Positions 14,201 to 26,458 of a stretch of DNA of 64,000 nt are shown here, in pieces. This stretch comes from the human T2T-CHM13v2.0 reference genome, Homo sapiens. The stretch lies in NCBI RefSeq assembly GCF_009914755.1, contig NC_060933.1; one strand, given 5' to 3'. A program made the translations under genes and the position numbers. The notes below the pieces were generated by a model. The model did no database searches. It was given only the letters and a program-made list of their open reading frames with translations, and was not told the origin of the DNA. The first letter of the stretch is position 1. Every line of letters begins with the position of its first letter.

Positions 14201-15975
14201 CACTGTTTGTTTCCTCAGCCATGTTCCCTCTACTAATTAATCCATCAATGACATTATTATGTTTGAAGATTTTTGATTTTCAGCATTTTCTTGTACTCCT
14301 TAGCATTTTTATTCTTTAGCTTATATACCCATTTGTCACTGCATATAATCTATTTCTTCCATTAGAGCTCCTAACATAATAATCATAATTATTTTACATT
14401 TACTGTTTGATAATTCCAACATATGTGTCATATCTAAGTCTGGTTCTGATGCTTGTTTTGTCTCTTTAGACTGGTGTTGTTTTCTGACTTTTAGCATATC
14501 TTGTTGTTATTTTAAAAAACTGGACATGTTGCATTCAATAATAATAATTGAGGAAAATAGGCTTTTCTACTTAGGGGATTTATTTGTTGACCTGACTAGG
14601 AGTTAAACTTAGTTTAATAGTTGCTGTAGTTATGGATGACAGAGGCTTAAAATTCCTTTGGTGTCCTTGTTTTTGTCTATCTATTGTGTTTGAGCTCCTC
14701 TAAATACTCCTTTGCAGAGAGTGTCTATAATCTTTCAGTCCTTTCAGTTGTGATCCCTATTACAGTTAAGGGACACAACAATGTTTCAGTCAATGATGGA
14801 CCACATATGTGACAATGGTTTCATAAGATTATAACAAAGCTGAAAAATTTCCATCACCTAGTGATACTGTAGCCATTATAACATAATAGTGGAATGCATT
14901 ACTTACACATTTGTGGTGATGCTGGTGTAAACCTACTACAGTCGTATAAAAGTCTAACATATACAATTATGTACAGTACGTAATACTTGATAATAATAAT
15001 AAATGACTGTTTCTGGTTTATGTATTCACTATACTATTAATTATTATTTTACAGTATACTTATACACACACATATATATATAAATTACTGTAAAATAGTA
15101 TGCTGTTACAGCAGCAGAAATATCATACATCTTGTGTTCACATGGTTTCTTGATTGCATTATTTGTCTTGTGCTTGATTTAATTTTCTGCTTATTTATCA
15201 TCGTTCCTATGCATACAGAATTTACTGCTAATGTTGCTGGTAAGTGGTCATGGCAAGTGATTAATCTGAAAATACAATTAAAAGTGATTACAGACTATGA
15301 AGGTAGAAAACCAGTGAAGATTTCCCTGCTCACTCATCAGGCATGTCCCATTCCATTACAGGTGCTATCTTGAAGAACGAGAAAAAAGTAATGGAAGCTA
15401 TTAAAGAATTTGCTTCATTGAATGCAACAAGACTAAGAAAATTTTGAGAAGGGCCCATGTTAGACATAGAGAAGCATATAATGACGTGTGTTAAAGTCCA
15501 GACACAGAGGCATATCCCTTTCAGCACAATGATGATTAGTGTCAAAGCAAAAATTTGTTTGTAATATTGAAAGAAAGGCAGGAGCTGACTAAGATGTTAA
15601 ATTTACTGCTAGATCTGGGTAGTTTAAATGATTTTAGAATTGTTATTCATCACATAATGTGAAAGTGAGTGGTGAGCCTGTGAGTGCAGATATGAAGAGA
15701 GTTGAATAATTTTTGGAAACTCTAGACAAATTGATTGTGGGGGAAAATTACTTGCTAGAGGGAATCTTTAATATGGACAAAACCTCCCTATTCTGCAAGC
15801 AGATGCCTGAAAGGACTTTAATCTACAAAGAAGCCAAGTCAATGTCAAGTTTCGCGTCTTTTAGGGCCAGGATAACAGTTTTCTGATGGCAATGTTGCAG
15901 GCTAAAAATTGAAACCTTTGTGATATGGCACAGTGAAAATCCCATGGCCACTGGACATATTCATGAGCATACACT

Positions 15976-16257
15976 GGCAGAGCATAGTGGCTCACACCTG
16001 TAATCCCAATACTTTGGGATGCTGTGGTAGGAAGATTGCTTGAGGCTAGGAGTTGGAAACCACCTTGAAATGTACAGCAAGATCCTGTCTCTACTAAACA
16101 AATAAATTAGCTGGGTGCAGTAGTATGCACCTATAATACTAGCTACTCAGAAGGCCAAGGTGGGAGGATCACTTGAGGCCAGGAGTTCAAGGTTGAAATG
16201 AGCTATGATCACACCACCACATTCCAGCCTAGGCAAGAGAAGGAGACTGTCTCAAAA
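15976..16257 (+). mobile_element. AluJ
   Basis: Alu dimer with J diagnostics (GGGAGGATCACTTGAGG, GAGCTATGATC); tail continues as (AAAC)n at 16597-16628; TSD (G/A)AGCA(T/C)ACACT at 15965-15975 and 16630-16640. Confidence 0.92.
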
Positions 16258-16260
16258 TTC

Positions 16261-16588
16261 TGTTTGTTTTTAAATTTCTTTCTTGCTTTTTTTTTCTTTT
16301 TTTTTCTGAGATAGGGTCTTGCTCTGTCACCCAGGCTGAAGTGCAGTGGCAAATTCATGGCTCATTGCAGCCTCGACCTCCCAGGCTCGAGCTATCTCCT
16401 ACCTCAGTCTTCTGAGTGGTTAGGACCATAGGTACACACCACCAAGTCCAGCTAATTTAATTTTTCTTTTTTTGTAGAAATGAGGTTTTCCTATGTTGCC
16501 CAAGTGGGTCTCAAACTCCTGAGCTTGAGTAGTTCTCTTGCCTCAGCCCAAAGTGCTAGAATTACAGACCTGGCTACTGTGCCCAGTC
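16261..16588 (-). mobile_element. AluJ inserted antisense into the tail of the previous Alu
   Basis: Poly-T then GAGATAGGGTCTTGCTCTGTCACCCAGGCTG...GCCCAGTC. Confidence 0.92.
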
Positions 16589-17524
16589 AAGCAATTAAAA
16601 CAAACAAACAAACAAACAAACAAACAAAGAAGCACACACTGCCAGTGACTACAGGAGCAATATAAAAAGTCATAGATGACTCTTGCTCTTTGAATAACCC
16701 CCTCCCCCGGAATTTCCATGTCAGAGAAAAATACTGTTTGGACAATAGCACACTTTTCAAAATTTTGCTTTATTATTATTCCTAGTGCTTCCTCACATTA
16801 TCCTTTAATTGGTGATCTTCATTCCAATATCAGAGTGAGGTTTCTCCCTCCAACCACCACCTCTTTGATTCAATCTATGGATCAAGAGTTATAATAGCTT
16901 TTAAGGACTGCTACCTGAAAATGACCTTTGCCTAGGGTATTGTGACTGAGAAAGACACTGAGAAGGCATTGTTGCAATGAAAGTATTACAACATTTATGA
17001 CTGCATCAAGAACCTTGCTTGGTCTTGGGGTGATATCCCCAAGGAGTGTGTGAATGGCATCTGAAGGAAGACACTCAAGGCGTTCATTCATGATGTCAAA
17101 GCATTTATTAAAATCCTAATGATGTATATCTCAGAACATATTCCTGTCATTAAGCAAGGCATGACTATATATTAGGGTCTTGTTGATGTGGTGATAGGTG
17201 GAAAGGAGGGGCCTGTGTTTGTAGCCTATGACCTGTAAAAGCGTTTCTTCCTGCATAGCTTGCCTCCCTTCCTCAGTTAGTTGAGAAATGCTTACTAGAG
17301 GGGGCTACAGTAAGTGAAATGTTGTTTCCCCACTACTCTAGGACAAGACTCTCCTAAACTCTTTCCCCTAAAGGAGTAAGCCTTTGTAATGGAGAAGAAT
17401 CTGAAGCTCTGGGGTGTATTTCATGAGGATTACTCTTCCCTGGTCATTGTCAGTCAGAAGTTTTCTTTCTTGGATCTCTACTGTGAGATGCTAGTGAGAT
17501 TCCTCAGTATAGTTTATACCCCTT

Positions 17525-17940
17525 TGTTAGGTGTGAGTTTGTTCCCTCTGAAACTCATGCTGAAATTTGATTTCCAATATGGCAGTGTTGGAGTTGAGGC
17601 CTAGCAGGAAATCCTTGGGTCATTCGGGCACCACCCTCATTAATAGATTAATGCCTTCTCACTGGAGTGAGTGAATTCTCACTCTGGCAGGAATAAATTC
17701 ATTCCTGACAGCAAGTTGTTTCATGTGAGCCCAGCCTCCCAGTCTCTTTCACACGCCCTTGCACCTTTCTACTTCTCTGCCATATTGTGTTACTGCGTGG
17801 GACCCTTAGTGGAAGCTGAGCAGATACCTATCCCATGTTCTTGGGCTTTCCAGCCACTAACGTTATGAGCCAAATAAACCTCTCTTTTGTAAAAGTAAAT
17901 TACTGAGCTTCAGGTTTTAGCAACATAAAACTGACTAACT
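17525..17940 (+). mobile_element. MSTC/MSTB-like MaLR solo LTR
   Basis: AAACTCATGCTGAAATTTGAT, GAGCCAAATAAACCTCTCTTT, AGCAACATAAAACTGACTAA. Confidence 0.8.
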
Positions 17941-18294
17941 CCTCCCCACCCATGACTGCAGCCCCCAGGAATTTTCCACTCTTACTTTCTCATTCTCCCA
18001 CTGGTCCATGCTCAGCTTCCTGCAATTTGTCATTACCATTTAATTTTTCTACCAATTTATTTTTCCAACAGCTTTTACTCCAGGTAGGAATATCTTAGCT
18101 ATGAGTTTAAATTTGCCTTTCTCTCCAGATTTGAGGGTAGCATTTTGCCTTGTAAATTCAGTTATTTAAAGGTTCCCACAAAATTCCTTGATTTTCAGTT
18201 TGTCCACTTCTTTATGGTGTAAGGATGGGAATGACAACTTTGAAGCTCTACATTTTGGAGCTGAAACCAAAAGTCTCACTAATTTACCTCTGAA

Positions 18295-18835
18295 GGTCAA
18301 GAAATCCCTAATTAAGTAGGTGTCATTTAATTTGAAACCTTTATGACAAGGCAATACTGACCTTGTGAGATTAAAGGTGAAGAATTTTCCATGCAAAGCA
18401 CATATTATACCGAAGGCCTCTGAGAAGGAAGGGCTCAGCAAGTTTAGGTTTAGTGTGGCTGAGAAATAAAAATGTGAGTAGGAGAGTGTTAAAGAATGAA
18501 ATAAATGATGCAGGCAGAGACCAGAAAAGATAGGTTACTCTATGTCAAGATAAAAAATAAAATTGGCTTCTAAATTTATTGGAAAGATACTGAAAATCTT
18601 ATGCAGGAGAATGACATAGTCTTATTTACCTTTTAAAAATGGCTCTGGCTATTTTGTGGGATAACAATTGTACTGAGGTAACAGTAGTTGAAGGAAAACT
18701 AATTGGAGTCTACTGAATAACCTAAGATGCAATTTAACTATAGTTGTAGCAGTGAAGAAGAAAAGGAAATAGATTAGGAATTTATTTTAGAGATAGAATA
18801 AAAAAAACTTACTGATGTAATTGATTGGGAAGAGT
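18295..18835 (-). mobile_element. L2 fragment
   Basis: Purine-rich antisense L2 pattern (AGTGTGGCTGAG, GCAGGAGAATGACATAGTC, TTTTAAAAATGGCTCTGGCT). Confidence 0.7.
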
Positions 18836-19729
18836 ACATAAAAGTGGAAGCTAACTTATGAACGTTATTACAGAAGAAAACCTTAGGTAACTCCCAGGTA
18901 AATTAATTTATTCCCACATGAATCAAATAAACTAACAAACAAAAAGATCTCTAAAAATGCCTAGGTAATACATATAGCATACTCACTACCAAAAATTAAA
19001 TTATCTTGAGTTTTAGACACTTTAATGATCACAACAGTCTGATTCACCCACTTATTTCTACCTGAAGCTTATCTACATATGATATTTCCTTTCCACTTTA
19101 GCTTATAGGAAAATCTAAAAGCCAGGCTATGGTTTATTTAACAGATTGCCAGTGTTAGATGATCCTATCATAAATCACATGTAGGAGCTCTTTTTTGCTA
19201 AAATTAAGCTGAAAATAAGACAAAGGCTCAACAAGATAACTCTGTTTAATTTGGCATTGTAATAATTGCTCAGCAAGAAGAGAAAACCTACAGTATAGCA
19301 TGAGAAAACTGTCTTTAAAATACATCTGAGTGAAGCTAGCCAATCAGTTTTTAAAGAAAAAAACATATCCATATCCTAGTGCAAATTCAAATGTTGTAAT
19401 AAATGTGTATGCAAAAGTAGAAGTTTAAGATATATAATTGCAATGCTATTTTAAAATATCTTTCCATAAATTTTACTAATTCTTGATTCTTATCTTATGG
19501 TTTGACCCCGCTATTATAGCATTTTAAGTGAAAAATACTGGCATAATTGTATTAATGTAGAAACTTCTAGAAATAGTCCTTAGTTTGATAAATAAAAATA
19601 GTGATTCTTTAGGATTGATAAAGGGCTATTGATTGGTTTACAAATTATCCATGTACCTGTGAAATTTATTATTTTTATTTGAACAGAATTAAAACTTTAA
19701 AAAAATAAGAATTAATATTTTAGTTATAA

Positions 19730-19970
19730 AAATAGCTACTATGTATAGTATGCTATTGGCCAGACACGTTCTTAACTATTTTACAGGAATTATCTAATTA
19801 AAATCTAAATTATGTATGGAATTTTTTTATTATCCTCATTTTACAAATGGAAAACTCGACTACCAACAGGTTAGGTTACATGTATATAGTCACAATGCCA
19901 GTAATTGTGAGACCCACAATTAAAACCAAGATAATTTGCCTCCATGATCTGTGCTCGTAATCACCTGCTT
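19730..19970 (-). mobile_element. MIR
   Basis: TTATTATCCTCATTTTACAAATGGAAAACT core. Confidence 0.8.
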
Positions 19971-20449
19971 TTCTGCCTTCTTGTTACACAGTACTGTCTT
20001 TTCTGCTGTTCTGTACTAGACATCATTATACTATTCTTCACAAAAGCATTGATAAATGGCACTCACTTTTGGTACAACTTTTAAATTAAATCAGAACAAG
20101 GAGGATATATTTTCACTTATTATTCACCTGTTTCTTTGATTACCTATTATTATGCAACCAAAAATTTTTTAGCAGCTCTCAGGCATTATAATAGGATGTG
20201 AGAACACTGAGATTAAAGATAAAGTCACTGTCCTCAAGTATTTTAAAGTTGATGAGAAGTCTACAAAAATTTGCATAAACTTTGTAAAATTTTAAGATGA
20301 TTAAGGGGCAGAAAATTCAATAAGGGAACAACACAAAATATTAAGACTTAGAATGAAGGACATAGAGTGTGACAGAAGTAAATTTCACCACTCATACGAT
20401 TAGAGGAATGATAAGAAAGATTTCAGTGTTCTTTCTTTACTTTCTTCTG

Positions 20450-20615
20450 AGAGGAATTTCAACGTCTTGTGGCCCTTGGATTAGCAGCATCTGTATCACC
20501 TGGAAGTTTGTTATAAATGTGCAATTTGGACCCCAGCCCAGATCTACAGAGTCAGAACTTGCATTTTTAACAAGAGCCCAGGAAAATTTGTATGTTTTTT
20601 ACAGTTTGAAAAGCA
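20450..20615. mobile_element. MER5A/B hAT-Charlie MITE
   Basis: AGCAGCATCTGTATCACCTGGAAGTTTGTTATAAATG...GAGTCAGAACTTGCATTTTTAACAAG. Confidence 0.8.
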
Positions 20616-22871
20616 ACATCACAGAGACATAGAACCTAATTTCTATGTTTTCAGAGCTTCACCTGCATTATATTTGCTTATTAAAACTCCTCTTTGTATT
20701 CATTCCTGTCGTTAATATTTCTCTGGGATCCACAGTCACCGTAAATCCTGCTCAGGGAAATCCTGATACATCATGAGTGTAAATTATTAAGAGTCAGGAC
20801 AGTTTTTACCAAGCATCTAGTCTAATTATGTTTGGCTTTAGTGGTCAGAAAATTTGGCAAGATGAGAAATAATAAAGAGGTTGTGTAGGAGAGATGTCAA
20901 CTTCTAAATCAACAGCCCTTTGATAACATGTGATATTTGACTTGTTTCACTTACCTAATAAATTTATAGAAATAACAAAAGCTATCTGAATTCATCAGAA
21001 AGCCAACAGAAGAAGTAGAAACTCTCAATCCATTAATAATAGGGCTCAGAAAATTATACCCAACAAGTTATCATAGTGATGACAAATTTACAATTAATGT
21101 GAATATGCAGATTCTAGTACCCCAGGAATTTCATCCTTCAGTCCAAGATAATATGAAACAATTGGGCATATGTGAAATTATGCAATGAGTCACTTTAATT
21201 ATTAGAGATGATAATTATAGAATGTAGGTTGTTATGCGATGAAAGGTACCAAGATTGAGACAATTTTTATGTGGGTAATACTTATAGTATACAAAATCTT
21301 GCAAAAGTTTATTATTAATACTATGAACTGTCCTTGGGTGGCTTTGATAGGAACAGCCATGTTATCTGCATGTTCAAGGTCAATAAAAACTATTTTCCAA
21401 ATCAGTCTGGTTTTTACCATTACTGAATTCTTCTATAACCTTTGAACCAAGACAATAGCTTGAAAGGTAAAAACAACCAAACCTATTCAAGATATTTATT
21501 GAGAAACTAATCTCTACAGAAACAAACTAAAGTTATATCTATGACATCTAGTCCCTAGATTAGCTTCTTCTACCTCTCAGGCATTTTCATAAAAGACTCC
21601 ATTCTAGAGCAATACAATAATTCCATTTAAACACTGTAGGTTTATTGGGGTTAAAAAGTCAAAAAGTTAGAGACAAAAGAGACGAAGCATGGTCATGGAC
21701 TTGGGGTTTGTAAGAGAAGCAGGGGATATTAAGCTGTGGTGAGCAGACCCTCGTAAAAAATAGAGTTCATAAGGACTTTAGGTGTGAAAGTAGAGGGTCA
21801 AAAACAATTCCAGAAAGCCTCACTCCCCCACTAGAAATGAATATACAATTCTCCAGACTGACATATTAATAACTTAAAATTCAAATATGCAAAAACATAT
21901 GCTTAGCATGTTTCATAGCTTACGGAATGTGTTCATGTAGATAAGTGCATTATTAATTTGGAGGAATAATAAATTATTAGCTGTGAACATAATTAGAGAT
22001 TTATCACCACTTAGGAAGTTGTCAATATATTAGGAAGCCAAAGATTTTACTGTACAAGAGAACTTAAATTTAATTTCTCACCTGGCATTTTCAGAATATG
22101 AAACATTTTTCAACATTTCTCATTTTCTCCACCTACAAATTGAGGTAATGATAACTATTTTGTAAAGTAGGTATTAAAAATATAAAATAATTCAAAAGGG
22201 TTAATAAAGCCAAGCAAACTTTGTATGTAATGTCCTTTTTCAGTTGTTAATTATCATCTGCTAACAAAATTATCATAGTCTGAGGTACCGTGTGAACTTC
22301 CCCCTTTGATTACAATTAAATCCACCAGTTTCTTTTCCTATTCCATGTTGGTGGGGATATCTAGTATTCTTACTCTTTCATTTTGTTCCTTCCAAAATGA
22401 CAATTGCTTTCCTTCAGCATCTAAGTGGCCATTCACCCTTGGGCCAATAAAATAATGTTCAGTAGAACATTTAGCCTCAGTAGCACTTTTAAAGAGTCTA
22501 AGGCATAGCCATCTGTCTGTGATGGAGAAAGTGGATTTATGCAAGAATTCTTACTACTTTCAGAGTCATGTCAGAAGGGGTTATTGATTTATTGTCGACA
22601 GAAACAAACTCATGTGGATAGCACCTGGAAACCCATTTCATCATCTTTAAATACAATTTTCAAAAAGAAATGTGCAATTGATACAGAGCTCACAGATTAT
22701 AGTGTGATCTGCATATACTAACTTAAGACCACACTTTCCTAAATGCTGTCCTATTCATTAGTACCATAAATTCTTGCTGCATTACCTTTATTTAAACATA
22801 TATTTTGTAATGTTCCAATCCATTATTAAAATATAATGACAAGTAGAACTTTTCATTTATCTAGAACTCAC

Positions 22872-22985
22872 ATCCATACATATACCTGAACATGCACACA
22901 CACACATATGTACAGATATATATATATACACACATATATTCACACACAGACATGTACACTATTATACATGCGTACCCATATATAA
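22872..22985. repeat. CA/TA-rich low-complexity repeat
   Basis: Directly visible. Confidence 0.75.
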
Positions 22986-24599
22986 AACAAAAGTGTATTG
23001 TATGTTACTTGTACAATTAAATATATATTTTATAAAATTAGAGACAGGAAAAAATATAGAGGAATAAAGAAGGAAATTTTACTACAAAAAAAGGGCTTAG
23101 TGTCTTTTCTTTTTCCTAGCGTGAGGAATAAAGCCTTTAATTTTCAAAATTGGCTCAGAGTGTCTGTCTGTGAGCTAGTAAGAGTTGTCTGAGAGAATAG
23201 TTTCAGATGTCCTACATTGTGCTGAGTACCAAATAATATTTGCATTTAAAGCCCAATGGCCAATCCTCTGGCACTTTGCAAATAAAAAAGGGTATTGATG
23301 ACATGCCTAGTGTACTCAGGTTGGTCATTTTACTGATAATGAATATTTGTGGTCCCTGAAAACAGATTTCTACTAAAGCACAACTTTCTACTAAAGTCAG
23401 CAGTATAACCTTTCATATGTGTTTCTTTATTATCTGTACTGTTGATAAAAACTTCTGTACTGCCTGATATTCAAACAAATGTCAGTCAATTCAACTGAGT
23501 AATAAATGTGCTTAAATATCTGCCATAAATGTTAACGTTTCTAGGCAGACTACGTGACAAATGTTAAGTACCTACCAAATGCGTGTTGAAATAAAGACAT
23601 AATGATAACTACGATAGAGGGTGACTTCAGATAAGTGCCACAACTGTCATGTTTCAAATTTTTTTGTAATATACACAGTGCAGAGAATATTTTGATAATA
23701 ATGATTTGTGAAAACTTGTTATGGAGAAAGAAGCCTAAGTATTCTAAATTTTATATAAAGATCAAGATTACAGAGAAAAAAATTTAAAAGATTCAATTAC
23801 AGAGAGAACTAATGTAGCACAATAGCATTATTGCATGGTTAGAGAGTCTGCAGAACAGATAAAACAGAAAATTTCAAATAAAGAAGAATTAGCAATATCG
23901 ATGAATGGCTGCTAATATTAGTCCCGTCACATTCAAAAGGAGAAAAAAAAATCCTGGTCTCATGCCTTGCAATGAATCTCTTTTTCTAAAAGTCTCCTTG
24001 TTCAAGATCACATTTTCATTACTTATATTTTAAAGCCATTAATGGAGAAAGAAAAAATGGGTGCATCCCCCAAATGTTAAATATATAGCATTATAGAGTA
24101 AGTTAGCACAATTGAACAGAATTATCTCAAGGTCTGGGCTGAGAATATGAACAAAGGATAGGCTACCAATGCCCTGCCCCAATAAGTATCTTGAGGGCGG
24201 TAAGGATCTGCCTCTTTGAGTGTGTGTATATATTTTGTGCATACATGTTGTCAGGGAAGTGGGGAATGTGTGCAGAATGATCTAAGAGAAAAGGGATAAG
24301 GAGAGACAAGGGAATCTCTGCTATTGTATCTTGGGTCATGATAGATTGAAAACAAATATGTTTATATCATTTGATATATCATTTTACACTAAATTTAGTA
24401 TAAAAGAAGCAAAAATACAAAGGACAATAGTTACTAAAAAAATTAAAGGACAGTTAACAGCACTGAAGAAAGCTCAATGTGTAAACTTACAGAAATTTTG
24501 AATACTATGACTTTCTACTGTAGATAACTAGAAGCTGGTGCAAAGTTTAAGTGTTTCTAGAGCAATTATATTTGTATCCCGGTCAACGTATTTAGATAA

Positions 24600-24870
24600 T
24601 AAGACCAACAATTAATATTTCCATAGGCTTTGTATATGGCAGGTAGTATTCGAATATTTTTCTTTATACCAAGTAATTTAATCCTTTACCACAACGGTAT
24701 ATATTAAAGGGTAACCAAACACTTCAGGTGCTTAGGACAATAAGATTATAACTATTCTAAAGTTGAGCAACCAGAAAGTGGCAAAAGCATCTCTCCAACA
24801 CAGCCTGGAGTGTTTCAAGTTCAAGCCATGTTGCTTCAGGTTTTTGCTGTTAATCATCATGCTTCACTAT
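24600..24870 (-). mobile_element. Degenerate MIR
   Basis: TTTAATCCTTTACCACAAC, CAACCAGAAAGTGGCAAAAGC, TTAATCATCATGCT. Confidence 0.5.
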
Positions 24871-25011
24871 AATGATGTAATACTCTCTCTATTTCCCCAC
24901 CAGTCCCACTACTGATAATAGCTTGAATAGACTGGATTTATACTTTTTGTGTATAGGCTTTTCCAAATGACTAAGGGAAATATTATGAAAGACACAAATA
25001 TCATAAAACAG

Positions 25012-25144
25012 CATATATATATGTACCTGTCTACGCACACATATGTGCATATATATGTGTGTGTGTTTGTGTATATATATTGTGTGCATATATATATATG
25101 CATACACACATGCAGGATACACACGCACACATGCAAACATATGT
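25012..25144. repeat. Mixed (TA)/(TG)/(CA) simple repeat
   Basis: Directly visible; explains ORFs 24889-25152. Confidence 0.85.
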
Positions 25145-25147
25145 CCT

Positions 25148-26458
25148 TCTAATTGAGGTAAACTTCATGTAACATAAAATTCACCATTCTAACAATTTTA
25201 AAGTGTTCAGTTCAATAGTTTTCAGTACATTCATAATATTGGTCAACTCTCATCGCCATCTAGTTGGAGAACATTTAATCATCTTAAGAAAGAAAACCCC
25301 ACACCCATTAAGAAATCACTCCCCATCCCATCTCCCCCCATCATCTGGCAACTACTAGTCTGTGTTCTGTCTCCATGTATTTACCTATTTTATGAATTTC
25401 ATGTAAGTAGAATCATACAATAAATGATCTTTTGTGCCTGGTTCCTCTCACTGAGCATAATATTTTTAAGGTTCTTACATGTTTTAATGTGTGTCAGTAC
25501 TTCATTCCTTTTATGGCTGAATAATATTTAATTTTACAAATATTTCATTTTAGAGATATACCCCATTTTTAATTGATTCATCAGTTGATGAACATTTGGG
25601 TTGTTTCTCTTTTGGCTATTGTGAATACTATTACTAATTACATTAATATTCAAAGAGTTTTTTGGCCACAAGTAATCAATCTTCAAGATATATATCCAGG
25701 GGTGAAATTGCACAATAATATTGCAATTCTATGTTTAACTTTTTGAGAAACTGCCTAACAGTTTTCTACAGTGTCTGCATTATTTTACATGCCACAGTTT
25801 TTTTATTTTTTTGATGACTGATGATGTTGAGCATCTTTTCATGTTTTTTTTCATAATTTTTACTCTTTGGAAAAACATCTATCTAAGTAAGTCATTTGCC
25901 CATTTTTTAATTGTGCAGTTTTGTTGTTGTTACAGTGTAAGATTTATTTATATATTTCAGACTTTTATCATATATATGATTTTCAAATATGCTTTCTCAT
26001 TCTGTAGGCTGTATTTTCACTTTTAAAATATGCCCTTTAATGCATACAATTTTTTATTTTTATGAAGTCCAATTTATCTAGTTGTTCTTTTGTTGTTTGT
26101 GCTTTTTGTTTCATATCAAACAATCCACTGCAAATTCCAAGGTTTAATAGTTTGTTTATTTCTAAGCACATTAGAGTTTGGCTTTTTAATTTTTTTGGTC
26201 AATTTTGAATTAATTTTCATATATGGTGTGAGATAGAAGTCTGATTTCATTCTTTTTTTATGAATATCCAGTTATCCCAGCTCCACTTATTGAAGAGACT
26301 ATTATTTCCCTATTGAATGGTCTCAAAACCCTTGTAAAAATTCAATAAGGAATAGATGTATGAATTTATTTCTGGACTATTACTTATATTTCATTGTTCT
26401 ATGTGTTTATCTTTATGCCAATACTGCATTGTTTTATTTTCTGTAGCTTTCTAAGAAA
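25148..26458 (-). mobile_element. L1MB-like 3' fragment
   Basis: Antisense 3' UTR (AATTGAGGTAAACTTCATGTAACATAAAATTCACCATT) and ORF2 end. Confidence 0.85.

Larger units (their letters stand above)
15220..17100 (+). pseudogene. Decayed Tigger (pogo/CENP-B-like) transposase
   Basis: TANVAGKWSWQVINLKIQLKVITDYEG (HTH start), HNVKVSGE, IFNMDKTSLF (first catalytic Asp), FLPPTTTSLIQSMDQE (DDE region); frameshifts, stops and Alu insertions. Confidence 0.85.
14763..17167 (+). mobile_element. Tigger3 (Golem) TcMar-Tigger DNA transposon, internally deleted near its right end
   Basis: TA target at 14761-14762 and 17168-17169; left end CAGT...AATGTTTCAGTCAATGATGGACCACATAT, right end TCTCAGAACATATTCCTGTCATTAAGCAAGGCATGACT. 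Confidence 0.88.
12240..18277 (-). mobile_element. Old L1M (L1MC/MD-like) 5' half, split by Tigger3 and an MST LTR
   Basis: T-rich antisense ORF2/ORF1 sequence 12240-14760; resumes 17170-17524 and 17940-18277, ending in L1M 5'-end-like GGAGCTGAAACCAAAAGTC. Confidence 0.75.

Noticed and set aside
15134-17100. Domesticated TIGD/CENP-B-like gene
   Set aside because: Multiple stops and frameshifts, two Alu insertions and retained transposon ends indicate a neutral fossil.
23367-23396. TTTCTACTAAAG direct repeat
   Set aside because: Only two 12-bp copies in AT-rich DNA; ordinary slippage or chance.
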